A stretch of DNA of 64,000 nt, from the NCBI GenBank assembly GCA_028534125.1, contig CM052817.1, positions 102,364,001 to 102,428,000 of the forward strand, written 5' to 3'. Positions 38,753 to 50,504 of the stretch are shown here, in pieces. A program made the translations under genes and the position numbers. The DNA is from Lama glama. Taxonomy: Eukaryota. Below the pieces are notes generated by a model. The model did not search any database. It was not told the DNA's origin and worked only from the letters and a program-made list of their open reading frames with translations. How positions within the stretch are numbered: the first letter of the stretch is position 1; each line of letters begins with the position of its first letter.

Positions 38753-39220
38753 TGTTACTGAACACAAGTTCATGTGCCTGACGCACAGAGAGGCCAAACC
38801 AGAACGTCGGAGTTTGGAGTAGAGAAGGGTTTAGTGCAGGGCTGAGCAAGGAGGACAGGGCAGCTCACGCCCAAGAAAACCCCAAACTCCTTGAAGGGCT
38901 TCAGCGAAGTATATTTAAAAGCCAGGTAAGGGAGTGGGGGGTCACAGGGTACGTGATCAGCTCATGCACAATCCTCTGATTGGTTGATGTGGAGGGAACA
39001 GGGCTGTCAACACTGTCCAAACCTGGGCACCAGAAGGTCTGGGGGCCACGAGCTCTCGATCATCAAGTAGTTAATTTCTACCATTTGGTGGTGGTTTTTA
39101 ACATCTGAAAAGCTCAGAAGATACACATGAGTTACTGTTATCTGGGTACTTCAGAGAGGAGCTGCAGCAGAGGATGTGGGGGAGGGGTCTGACCCTGGAA
39201 GGCCCCACAGGGTCCTTACA
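38753..39220 (-). mobile_element. ERV solo LTR, same family as 27261-27733, inverted
   Basis: Reverse-complement similarity along its length (e.g. gtacgtgatcagctc vs gagctgatcacgtac). Confidence 0.85.
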
Positions 39221-39670
39221 GTTGGGCAGGATTCTCACAGTGTGTAGGTGCTTTTAGCCATCACAGCTCCTGCAGGCCCACTCTCTCTGACTTCTTATCC
39301 CGGACTGTCATGTTCCGTCAGCTGGGGTTCTCATCACTCTCACATCAAGGGGACCCGGACACCATTTCCAAGCCTTTTGAAAAACAGTCTCTGAATTTCT
39401 ATACTAAATATTCATCCATTCCTCTCAATACGATTTCTTTCTCTTTGGCCCCCAGATATCATCTGTATTTAGTACTTATCACACATTAATAAATCATTGT
39501 GTGATTTTAAAAGGTATAAAATTAAATATAAAAATAGAGTATACGAAATGCACAGTGAGTTCTGGATAATTGTCATTCATCAGAAGTATCATTTGGTATA
39601 ATGCAGTCTCTTTCCCTTGGATTTTCCCCCTGACATCTCTAAACCATAGACTTCCCTGTTCTTCGCCTAG

Positions 39671-39860
39671 GCACAGCGCAGGATTTCCCATACTACAATG
39701 TTTCCCTGACGGGCAGCTCATCCTATCTGAGCCCCGACATGGGTATTAGTCTCTGGTGCAGCGGCTGAAGAGCTATTGTATGAAATTGGTGACCCGCAAC
39801 ATTGCCTGGTACCTGATGTAACTTGTGACTTTTCTCAAGTCTCTATTACTGAAATTCCAG
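39671..39860 (+). pseudogene. AtuA-like remnant exon E
   Basis: cctag acceptor; HSAGFPILQCFPDGQLILSEP / LVSGAAAEELLYEIGDPQHCLVPDVTCDFSQVSITEIP(G); frameshift near 39735-39750 with TAG at 39747-39749; donor gtcagt. Confidence 0.92.
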
Positions 39861-40494
39861 GTCAGTGACTAAAAGGGTTTTGTTTTTAAATGTTGTATTC
39901 TCTCTCTATCTCTTTCTAGAAATTTTTAACAAACAAAAGTATAATTGTTTCCAACTCCAGGACCATCTTTTCAAAGCAAAGTGTAGAAATAACTTGACAG
40001 TTCTGTGATGTGATCAATGGCATGTGTTACAAAGTTGTTGGAATGAAGTGGTAAAGAGATTTTTTTTTATAAGTTTGCTCTTAATTCATGTTTAACAATT
40101 TGACATAAGAAAATAGCGTCTTAGTTAGGGATTCAGCTAGTAATAAACTCCAAGATTATCCTGCTGACTGGAAACAGTGTCTTCTAAGCACTTCTCAATC
40201 ATTCACCGACATCTCTCAAATAGCCCTAAATGATTTCAACACTGTGTTATTTACTTATTTATGTATTCTTTTTATTTCATATTTCTTCTACTGGGTTGTA
40301 GGCTTCTTGAAAATGAAACTTTTGTCCAGTTAATTTCTGTGTCATTTATAATCCTTAGCATAACATCTTATAAATAGCAAGTACTGAATTCACATGTATT
40401 GAGTGACTGAATTAATAAATACTATGATCCCTTGAAACCAATTGACAATATATCATGAAGAGAATATAGTCATTCTGGAGAGAAACAGGTGTGT

Positions 40495-40647
40495 TTTTCT
40501 TTTTTTATAATTTTTTTAAAATGTTTAATTTTTGGCGGGTGAGGCAATTAGGTATTTGTTTGTTTGTTTGTTTAATGGAGGTACTGGGGATCAAACCCAG
40601 GACCTCATGCATGCTAGGCACATGCTACACTGAGCTATACCCTCCCT
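40495..40647 (-). mobile_element. tRNA-derived SINE (camelid type)
   Basis: atggaggtactggggatcaaacccaggacctcatgcatgctag...gagctataccctcc. Confidence 0.85.
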
Positions 40648-42828
40648 GTGATACGCTTTTCAATTTAAGAAGCAAGTTATAGATTTAAAGTTCTATTGTG
40701 AAGCTGAGGCCATGCATTTGACAGGAGAAACTGAGAATCAATGGGCTGCACCCTTACTCAATCCATTTAGAATCCTTTGCTGAACTCTGATTACCAGTAC
40801 TTTATAGAAAGAAAGTGTTTTTAATCTGTGAACCCAGAAGTTATGTCCTGAATTTTAATACACATTCACTGTTATTTTCCTTGAAAATTATTGTTCTAAA
40901 CATCCTAAAAAATGTGAAGATTTTACCCAAAGATTTATTAAAAAACTTTTTTTTATTGAGGTACAGTGTTGTGTAGTAATTCAAATAATATTGACTAATA
41001 GCTGTTCGATTTAGATTTTTTTCAATGACTTAGTAATTTTGTTCCAAATGAAACATACTTCTCTGGTTTCCTGTGGTGTTCCTCAAATAGCATTCTCAGC
41101 AATTGCGAATTAAAGATCATCTCTATTCAGCTAAATAATGAGATGACATTCATTTATTATCTCTGGTGCTTCTCTCTTTTTTTCTGTATCTCTATATTAC
41201 TATTTTTAAATATGTATTTTAAACAAATTACTCCGTACAATGTAAAATATGACAACTGTCTTAGGCATCTTCCTTGTAAGTCCTGTTGTTGCCATTATGC
41301 TTTGCACATGGCCTTTTAGAATTTATAATTTTAATTTATGAAGCTCAAAAATGCAGTGATCATAATGCAAAATAACATAGCTGCAATTAGTATGTTTATT
41401 CTTTTTCCACTTCGGTCTTTAAAAAATAATAATAAACTCCCAGTGAACTCTTACCCTGTAAATGACCTGATATGACATATTTGAACTTACAGTGAACTTT
41501 CACATGAACTTGCAGTTCTCCTCTGAGAAATATAACAGATGGAAAATAAGCAGATTTTTCAAATATTTTTAGTTGCAGTTCTTTGACGTGTTTAACGGAG
41601 TCAACAAGGCCAGCTATCTCTTTCCAGTGTTTACTTTGCTGACTTCATGGTACTGCCAGGTTTTTGGTTACATTAAATACCTGCATTCAGCGTTTCAGTT
41701 ATATTTTTATTCTACCAGCATCTTGATTTTAAACTTGTATATACATTTAAAGGTGAAGCTAATTGGGTCATGAAGTACAACAAATTCTAAGATAATTTTA
41801 TTGGACCTACTGAAATACTGTTGTTTCAAATCATTGAGATACTAGGGGCTTTTAAAGATCCATTTCAGATTTTAGACTATGAATCAGCTACAATGTTTTT
41901 TCACTTTGAATCGTTTGCAGCTAGGAGTTCAGTTCAAGATGCACGTGGTTTCCGAACCAGTCACTTGGGAAAGGAAGAGGAAAATTAATTGAGCAGCAAC
42001 TACTGTGTTACATCTGCTGTGGTATGGGACAGGCTCCTTATAGATCTTTCATCTTTACAACTCTCCTGCAAAGTAGTTATCATGCTCATTTTACAAGAGG
42101 GACGGAGACAGAGAGGTTCAGTAACTTGCATGAGAAGAGACGGCTAAACTGGGAATTAAAGCAAGGTCTCCCAGACTTTCAAGTCCTTGCTCCTTCAATA
42201 GTTTTGTGCTCCCAGAAACAAAATGTTCTGTTTGAGGACATAGATGCCAAAGAGAAAAGTGTGATAAAGCTGTAATAGCTTTATAATTTTTGTTTGGAGA
42301 ATGTAAAGAGTTTATTTCTTTGTATTTATTGTGCAATATTGATAAATGAGTTAGCTTGAAAAACTCAGAATGTTCTCAGTGATAGGAAAATAGTAACTTA
42401 AGACTTTTGCTTCTCTTGAAAGTTCCCTGTTGTTTACAAAAAAAAACACTACATATACGTATATTACATTTACCAAATAATGCAGGCATGTATGTTATTT
42501 ATTCACTGAAACGTATTTGCTTGCTTAGAATCAGTTCTTCTTAACACCCAGTTTATTCTCAGACCATAATTTATTCGTTCTGAGGAGTGTTTTAGATGTT
42601 ATTCAGTTCAGAAGGAGATTATACTTAACGGATGTAGACATGTATAAAACGACACAGCTATGTTGAGATCAGAATGTGAACTGTATGCAGCTGTAATTAG
42701 CCCAACTTTCCTGACACTTCACTTGTTAATGACAGTATCATTGGCAAGACAGATCTTTGCATTTCACAAGGGTGTGTTCAGAAGCTTAGATTCATTCCAT
42801 TGTTTATGTTTTAACCTTATGTCATCAG

Positions 42829-42947
42829 GTAAGTGCTTGTTACCATGACGGTTTCAGAGCAACTGCTGTCTGCACACCGGGAGGACCCAGAGCGGCTGAA
42901 AAGGAGAGGTGGACAGGTGGACAGCTGAAAGAAAGTATTTTGAAAAG
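42829..42947 (+). pseudogene. AtuA-like remnant exon F
   Basis: catcag acceptor; VSACYHDGFRATAVCTPGGPRAAEKERWTGGQLKESILK(R); donor gttagc. Confidence 0.9.
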
Positions 42948-44881
42948 GTTAGCCTATGAGACAAAAAAATGGACTCTCTAGTCTAACTAAATTCAAGGCA
43001 TGTTAGTAATCAAATTCTTTAACAAGAATCATTATTACGATCACTTAACATTTCCCCCTGAGTATTAATACATTTGTTCAGTACATTTTATGTTGTGGCA
43101 GGTTCTGATACAAATGAGTCTTGCATCTGCTGTAAAGCAACTTTACAGTTTAGCTTGCACAGATATCTAGAAACAAGTATTGGAAAAGTTTCTTGGATGC
43201 TAAATTCTACTAGAAACCTATGCTTTTTTTTCCTCTCTTACCCTGAAGAGTATGTTCAGAAAGTTAACATAATGCATACGGGCAACAGAATCAGAAGTCA
43301 CAGATTCTTTGACAGGTCATATGGTACCTTCAACCATTTGGTGTCTGGAGAGCATTTATAGTTTGTCCCAGAAAATTTTCTTTTCTTTAAAAAATCCAGA
43401 GAAAGAAATTTCATAATAGTTCTATAGCCAAATTTAATTAACAACGTTTATGAAAGTTCTGATGCTTGAATCAAATCTTTTACATTCTATCTGCAGTGCT
43501 GATGCTTCCTACCATGTCCTGTATTTAAACCATGTTGTTGAGTTACTCAAGAGAATCTGCGTTAAAGATTCAAGCCCTTATTAATTAAAATGAGTAAGTG
43601 CTGGTGAGACACAGGAATAAACAAATTAGTGCTAATCCTTTTTTCACAGGGACGGACTCATAGCAAATCATTTTATCCTTTATCAACAATGATGATCATG
43701 AAATATTTAAAAGTAGAAAAAATAAACAGGAAAATGAATGAAAATTGTGCACAATCCCATCATTCAATGTAGAATCAAAGTATTTTTAAATTAAAGACAA
43801 CTATAATATGAATTTTTAAGACTATCCAGATTATTAATTAATCCTCTCTTTCCACTAACATTTGAGTCCTTTACTACATACCAATCACTTCTGGGCTTTG
43901 GGTGTATACTTGTGTGCAAGACAGACCAAAAGCTTTAGTATGTGGATAGACATTAAACTAATAACCCGCAAAGAATTGAAAAGTGATTTGAAGAAATATT
44001 AAAGAGTGTTACGTAAAAGAATAATAATGGAACATAATTTAAATTTAGCAGTTAAAGAAGACTTTATTAGGGGATACTTGAACAAAGAAACCTGAAAGAG
44101 GAATACTTTCTTAGGCACTTAAATAAAATAAAAGCAATGAAAACATACCTGATACAACATTCAGTAAATATCGTTCAATGAATGAATGCTATTCTAAAAG
44201 TCAGGAAACAAAGCAAACATTAAAACAGAAAGCATTCAAACAACGTCTCAAAAGTTGTCAAAATCATAGCTGCGCTAATAAACACAAATGCTACAAACTT
44301 CCCCATTAGAGGATGAATTCAACAGATCTTCATATTTATCCAGCTGATAAAAAAGAACAGAGTATTAGAACATAATATAACAGTGTTGAATTAATAGCTG
44401 CAGAGAGAACATTTTTCCCCACAAGACAAGTCTGCACCTTATTTCCAAGCATCCTCAAGGCTACTTTAATCCATTTCAGAAAGTAGAAATTTTGCAGACC
44501 ACATTCTTTGACCATATGTAATACAACAGATGAGCAATTAAACTTTAAGCAACAAAAAACCCCTCAAAACTCGAGTCCCTCAGAAATATAAAAAATACTT
44601 GTACATATAATTATTGGATCAAAGAGGAAATCTTCAATTTCAGACGGTTTAGAGAATAAGGACACTGAGGCTGTAAGATATCAAATGTTTGATGTGAAGC
44701 TGAAGCTGTATTCGGGAGTGACCTGATGGCCTTAAATGCCCCTAGATTGCCCTCCTTTCACTGTAATTGTTATTGGTGTCCAAAATGAGTGACCTCCATT
44801 AGGGGCCGAAACTAAGGGATTCTTGGCATTGACCTACCATAAATTCATGAATATTTTTTAATTGCATTTACTTTGCTGTAG

Positions 44882-44993
44882 AACTTGTCTCCTGTTTGAA
44901 GAAGCTGGCTTGGAAGGCTATAGTGAGGTTCATGTTCAGACTTCAGGATCTGAAGAAACATATGGAGCACAAGCTAAAGCAGATTTAAATGGA
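44882..44993 (+). pseudogene. AtuA-like remnant exon G
   Basis: ctttgctgtag acceptor; (R)TCLLFEEAGLEGYSEVHVQTSGSEETYGAQAKADLNG; gtaagt donor; phase 2 matches exon F. Confidence 0.88.
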
Positions 44994-45929
44994 GTAAGTA
45001 GAACAGGGGATTTCTTATTCCAGTGTAAATGAATGGGTTGAAATACTCTCAATAAATTATGTATGAAAGTGTTTATTGTAAAGACCAACCTGGCTAAGGT
45101 TTAAAGGATAATGAATTTGGGGTTATTTCTGTTTTACAGTGTGTATTTTTTAAAAAAAAAATCTATAGTTCTTTAACAAGCTTATAATTCAGTTTGAATT
45201 TTCTATTTGCCTATGGCAAAACTCACCTCAATTCCATTCCCTTCCTTTCTTGTTCCACCTTTAATATTTGACTTGTGTTTAGGCTCTTGGGTGTCATATA
45301 TATGGTTTTCTTCAAAAGTTTTTAGAGAGCTACAAATTTAAAATGTTGACTTCTAACTTGGTCTTAATATATGTTGTTTGTTCTTCAGCAGTAAAAACAG
45401 AAGAAATATTTTTTCCATTCTTGCTGGAAAATTTCTCACTATTGACTAGAAAAGGGATCAGTGATTCAGAATTAAGTTTTTATTTACATTTAAAAATTTA
45501 ACATATAAATCATGTCAAAATCTATTGTAACTGCCCATTATAAATCAATTTTATTAATCTAATTTAACTGAAGGTATGTTGGGATTATTTTTTAAACAGC
45601 CAAATTAAATAAAATGATGTATGATCAATGTCTTATTAAATTATAGGTAATTAACTTGACCTTATCTAGGTAGTTTTTTCTGTTATCTCTGTATTTATTC
45701 CTAGCAGCATTATTACAGATATGTCTTGTATAAACTTTCTGTTCACATCTTTAACCCTTTTTAAAGACTTTTTTAAAACAACTTTATTGTGGTATAATTT
45801 CTGTACAGTAAATTACACATATCCCAGACATACAATTTGATGAATTTTGATAGATGTATGTATACACCTATGAAACCGCCACCACAATCAAGATACCTAA
45901 CAATTCCATCACTCCTCAAGAGGTGCAAT

Positions 45930-46270
45930 TTTCAAACTCCCAATTTATCCCTTCCCATCCCCTTTACTCCCTGGTAAACAAAAGTTTTTTCTCTATATCC
46001 GTGAGTCTGTTTCTGTTTTGTAAATAAATTTATTTGTGTCTTTTTTTTTTGATTCCACAAATAAGTGATATCCCATGATGTTTTTCTTTCTTTTTGTGGC
46101 TTACTTCTCTTAGAATGATGATCTCCAGGTCCATTCATGTTGCTGCAAATGGCATTATTTTATTCTTTTTTTATGGCTGAGTAGTATTCCATTGTATAAA
46201 TATACCACAACTTCTTTATCCAGTCATCTGTCGATGGACATTTAGGTTGTTTCCATGTCTTGTCTATTGT
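45930..46270 (-). mobile_element. L1 3' fragment
   Basis: Close match to the copy at 9870-10215. Confidence 0.8.
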
Positions 46271-48313
46271 CTTTTAAAAGATTTTTTAACCCAACAGTCA
46301 TATTCACAATGGTCTGACCATCTTATCTATTCTGGAGTATTTGTAGATATTCTGGTTTATAGTGATTGCTTTCACTTAAGTGTTAATCAAAGATGGGAAA
46401 ATGTATGGGAAACAGCAGTGACAACTGGAGCGGTAACAGTTAACATGAATTGAGGGGTTAATAAGTGTCAGGCACTGTTCTAAGTGCTTTACTGGTGTTG
46501 ACCTTTAGCTCTCACAGCAATCTTCCAGGCAGGTCTGTTAGTACTTCTATTTTATAAATGAGCAAACTCAGGCACAGAGAGGTTGAATAAATTGTCTAAT
46601 GTCCAACAGCTCCTGAGGAGCAAGACCAGATTTTATATCCATTACAGTCTAGTTCTAATATCTGCATTATTAACCACTAGGAGCAAGAGTGTCATTTTAG
46701 TGCAGTGAATTAAAAAGATCTAACACCTTTGTAACTGAATTAGTAAGGCTTGAATGACATAAAAAGATAATTCATTATATTTTAGAAGAGAAAAATTATA
46801 TTGTTATTTATAGTCCTAGGTATATTAAAGTAAATAACTCAAAGGTCTATGTTCAAAATTTTATTGAGATTCTTTTCCATTTATGAATTTCTTCTTTTCT
46901 ATAAAATAGTAAGTAAGCTCAACAAGATATTGACTAAATATTTTATTTTGATAACAGGTTTGTGGAGAAGGAATTCTTGGTTCCATAATTTTTTCAGTCT
47001 GTTATTCATTTCATTTTATAGAGCCCCCAAAATGCCAAGAACTTCTGTGTTTTATTTTGTACAACTAGTGTGTGGTAAGGTCAGGATATAAACTAGAGGC
47101 CTCTTAAAATTATATAGGAAATTTTAGATGCTTGATAAAACCCAGAAACAGGAACCAGGTGTCAAAGTGTAGATATTTAACTGTTCATAGAAATGTGTGC
47201 TCTATTGCCAGGTGGCTTAATCACCATATTTACTCCAACTGAATTAGAACTCATGAATGTAGAACTTAAAATGAAAGGTTACTGTGAAAGTCAACTTTTG
47301 ATTTGTTGTTTGGAAGGTATGTTTTATTAAAAGATGCTGGAAAGCAATACCTCTGCCTTTTTTTCTTGCTGTGCCTATGAACTTCAGTAGAGTCAGGTAA
47401 TTAAATTGTCAAGTCGATTCATTAAGTTGGTTTTAGACAGATTGACAGTAAACATAGTAGGAAAAGTAGACGTTTACTTTAATTATTGGTCTTATTAAAA
47501 ATAATTATATCTCATATTTGTACTTGAAGGAATGTTTCACATCTGAAGACACACTTAGTTTCATCATAATAGGTCTACGCAGTAGTTAGGAAGCTGATAT
47601 GACCTGCATTTTACTAAAAGGGAAAATTATGTCATGGAGAAAAGAACTGACTTAATTAAAGACGAGCAGGTCTTTAGAAGAAGCAGCAGAACTCGCCCTC
47701 ACATTTCTGCTCCTTTTTAGTGCCCTTGCAGATGACCACACGTTTCAAAGAAAGGGATTGCTGAATTCTTCAAGTTTTCAAATAAGACATTTTTATTTAC
47801 ATATCTATAAGCTATAACTCTATTTCGAAGTGGGATAATTGATTCATCCTGTAATAAACTATCCAATGACTGTATTTCCTCTGTGGTGTAGATATTCTAA
47901 GGAGAAATGGAGTTACAGTAGTTATACACACATAATTTAAGATCACCTGGCATGTGAAGAACCTACTCAGAATCAAGGAGATAAAAGAGGGAAATGAAAA
48001 AAATGGGAATTTTACAAAGATAATTTTAGCAGTTTTTCCAAGCTGTAACTACCATGTGTCAAGTTGTATTCTTTAGATAAAATTAATTATTATTAATTTA
48101 TCGGGGACTAAGAGTGCTTCCATCTATTCCTAATAAAGTGTTCATTTTTGTGGACATGCATGGCATAATCAGGAAAACATAATAATAAACTCCTTAGAGT
48201 AATCATGCAAACCAGAGATAATTATATGGTCCAGAAAAAAATCCTTCCTGCAAACACAGATTTGTGCCTTTTTTTGAGCTATGCATTTGTTAATTTCCAC
48301 TCTTTGTTGATAG

Positions 48314-48414
48314 GGTCCTCGAGAAGTGGTCCTCTGGCTTTCAGCTCATCATAAACAGAAGAAGGCAGGAAAAAGTTTTTTCAAGAGAAGTTGCACCAGC
48401 AGGGACTGGAATGG
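48314..48414 (+). pseudogene. AtuA-like remnant exon H
   Basis: gatag acceptor; GPREVVLWLSAHHKQKKAGK / VFSREVAPAGTGM; +1 frameshift in the A/T runs (101 nt rather than 100); donor gtaaat. Confidence 0.9.
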
Positions 48415-49344
48415 GTAAATACACATATTTTTACGGTTACAGCTCCGAGAATCCCTTGCCTTCCTACCACCAGCTCAGTTATAGTATTCATTAGTTTGCC
48501 CTTCTGAACTTGGCAACGTGTGCTACGCTACGTGGGTCATGCTGTTCTCAAACCCCTCTTGCCTTTGAGCATTTAAACATTCATCAAGTATATAGCTTTA
48601 AACATTCATCTTTAAACCTTTAAACATTCATCAACCTTTAAGCATTCATCAGGTATATACCCCTTCTTGTAATATTTATTTCAAGTTGATTGAAATTTTA
48701 GAAACCTCTTGACATTAAGTGTGGCTGTACCTGTTTTCCCATTATGTGTTTGTCAAATGATGGATTTAGGTGATTGTCCCAGACAAAGCAACCTCGTGGA
48801 GTTCATTCTGGGTTTACTGTGCCCATGTCGCCACTCCCATCCTGGCTTCCGGTCTCCCTACATTCAGATCCATTTGTCCAGAATGGTCTCTTCTTTCCTG
48901 GTGCCCCGTGACAAGGTATGATGGTGCCGTGTGCCACGCCACCCCTGGGCACACAGGGCCGTGCCTGCAGTGCTCTGGCTTTTCCCTTACAGCTGAAATG
49001 GACCTGCCATGATCCCAGGACCAGGCCACTCAGGAGGCTTCAGTTTCTAATCCAATGAACTCATTCCTTCATTGGGACGTAATTTTTGAAAGGCCTTGAA
49101 TTCCCACATTGTACATATGGAGAAACTGAGGCTTAGAGAGGTGAAGTGGGTAAACTGAGAGAGGGCAGGAATCCTTCTCTGGCTCCCAAGAAGAAAAGTA
49201 AAATCTTGTAGTAACATTAATGTCCCAGGGAGAAGTTCTATTCTGTGGCCATGTCTTACCTCTTCCTCTACCAATGATGAAAGCGGAATGGAAAATTGAA
49301 TTTTGGCAATGCAAAACTTACATTTTAAAATTAAAACAAAGCAA

Positions 49345-50460
49345 AAATCAACAAGTGGGACTACATTCAACTAAAAAGTGTCCGCACAGCAAAAGAAGCA
49401 ATCAACAAAATGAGAAGGCAACCTGTAGAATGGGGGACAATATTTGCAAACTGCACATCTGATAAGGAGTTAATATTCAAAATATATAAGGAACTTGTAC
49501 AATTCAATAGCAGAAAAAAAAAGAGTCCAATTAAAAAAAATGGGCAGAGGACTTGAACAGACAGTTTTCCGAAGAAGACATACAAATGGGCAACAAGGCC
49601 ATGAGGAGGTGCTCAGTGTCACTAATCGTCAGTGAAATGCAAACCAGAACCACAACGAGATATCACCTCTTAGCTTTTAGAATGGCAGTTACCAAAAAGA
49701 CAAGAGATAACAAGTGCCCGTGAAGATGTAGAGAAAAGGGAACCTTGGTACATGTTTAATAGGAATGTAAATTGGTGCAGCCACTATGCAAAATAGTATG
49801 GAGGGTCTTCAAAAAATTGAAACTACCGTATGATCTAGCAGTTCCACTCCTGGGTATTTATCCAAAGGAAATGAAAACACTAACCCCAAAAGATATGTGC
49901 ATCCTTGTGTTCTTTGCAACGTTATGTACAACAGCCAAGACATGGAAGCAACTTAAGTGTCCATGGATGGATGAATGAATAAAGAAAATGTGGTGTATGT
50001 ATATAAACATAGATGGACCTTGAAGGCGTTACCCTGAGTGAAATGAGTCAGATAGAGAAAGACAGATACTGTATGATCTCTCTTGTATATGGGGTCAGAA
50101 ACATGGAGCTCATGGAAACAGAGAATAGGATGCTGGTTGCCTAGGCCTAGGGGTATGGGAATTGGGAAAGTGTTAGTCAAAGGGCCCAAAGATTCAGTTC
50201 TAAGTTGAATAAGTTCTGGAGATCTAATGTGCAGCGTGCTGACCTCGCTGTTCTGTATACTCGAAAGTTGCTGTGAGAATAGAGCTTAAATGTTCTCACC
50301 ATAACAACAAGAAGAAAGTGATAATTATGTGAGGTGAAGGGTGTGCTAACTCACCTTATTGTGGTAAACGTTTTGCAAAATATGTGGTGCATCAAAGCAT
50401 CACGTTGTACGCCTTAAACTTACACAGTGTTGTATGTCAATTAGACCTCAATAAAGCTAC
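49345..50460 (+). mobile_element. 5'-truncated older L1 (L1MA/MB-like ORF2 end + 3' UTR)
   Basis: gtgggactacat...aaaaatgggcagaggacttgaac...tgtatgtcaattagacctcaataaagct. Confidence 0.88.
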
Positions 50461-50504
50461 AGAAGAATTAAATTAAATTAAAACAAGAACCACATTAGGG
50501 AAAG

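Larger units (their letters stand above)
28242..48414 (+). pseudogene. Unprocessed multi-exon pseudogene of the AtuA/DUF1446 (PF07287) family
   Basis: Eight collinear AG-preceded exon remnants with compatible intron phases. Translations follow AtuA-family motifs in order: PQL..G.LDYLVF.YL.E; LGY.PDFV; GV.VI..AGG..PLAC; LKIAVVT; GFPI; LYEIGDP...PDVTCDFS; DGFRATAVC; GSE.TYG; PRE.V.W; E.APAGTGM. Frameshifts and dead donors are present. Confidence 0.88.

Noticed and set aside
41933..41965. Possible GAV.V.GA.G pseudo-exon between exons E and F
   Set aside because: Too short and weak, with no convincing donor.
28242..48414. Bacterial contamination or recent horizontal transfer as the source of the AtuA-like sequence
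   Set aside because: The homology is split by spliceosomal introns filled with mammalian repeats, which indicates a long-resident eukaryotic gene.
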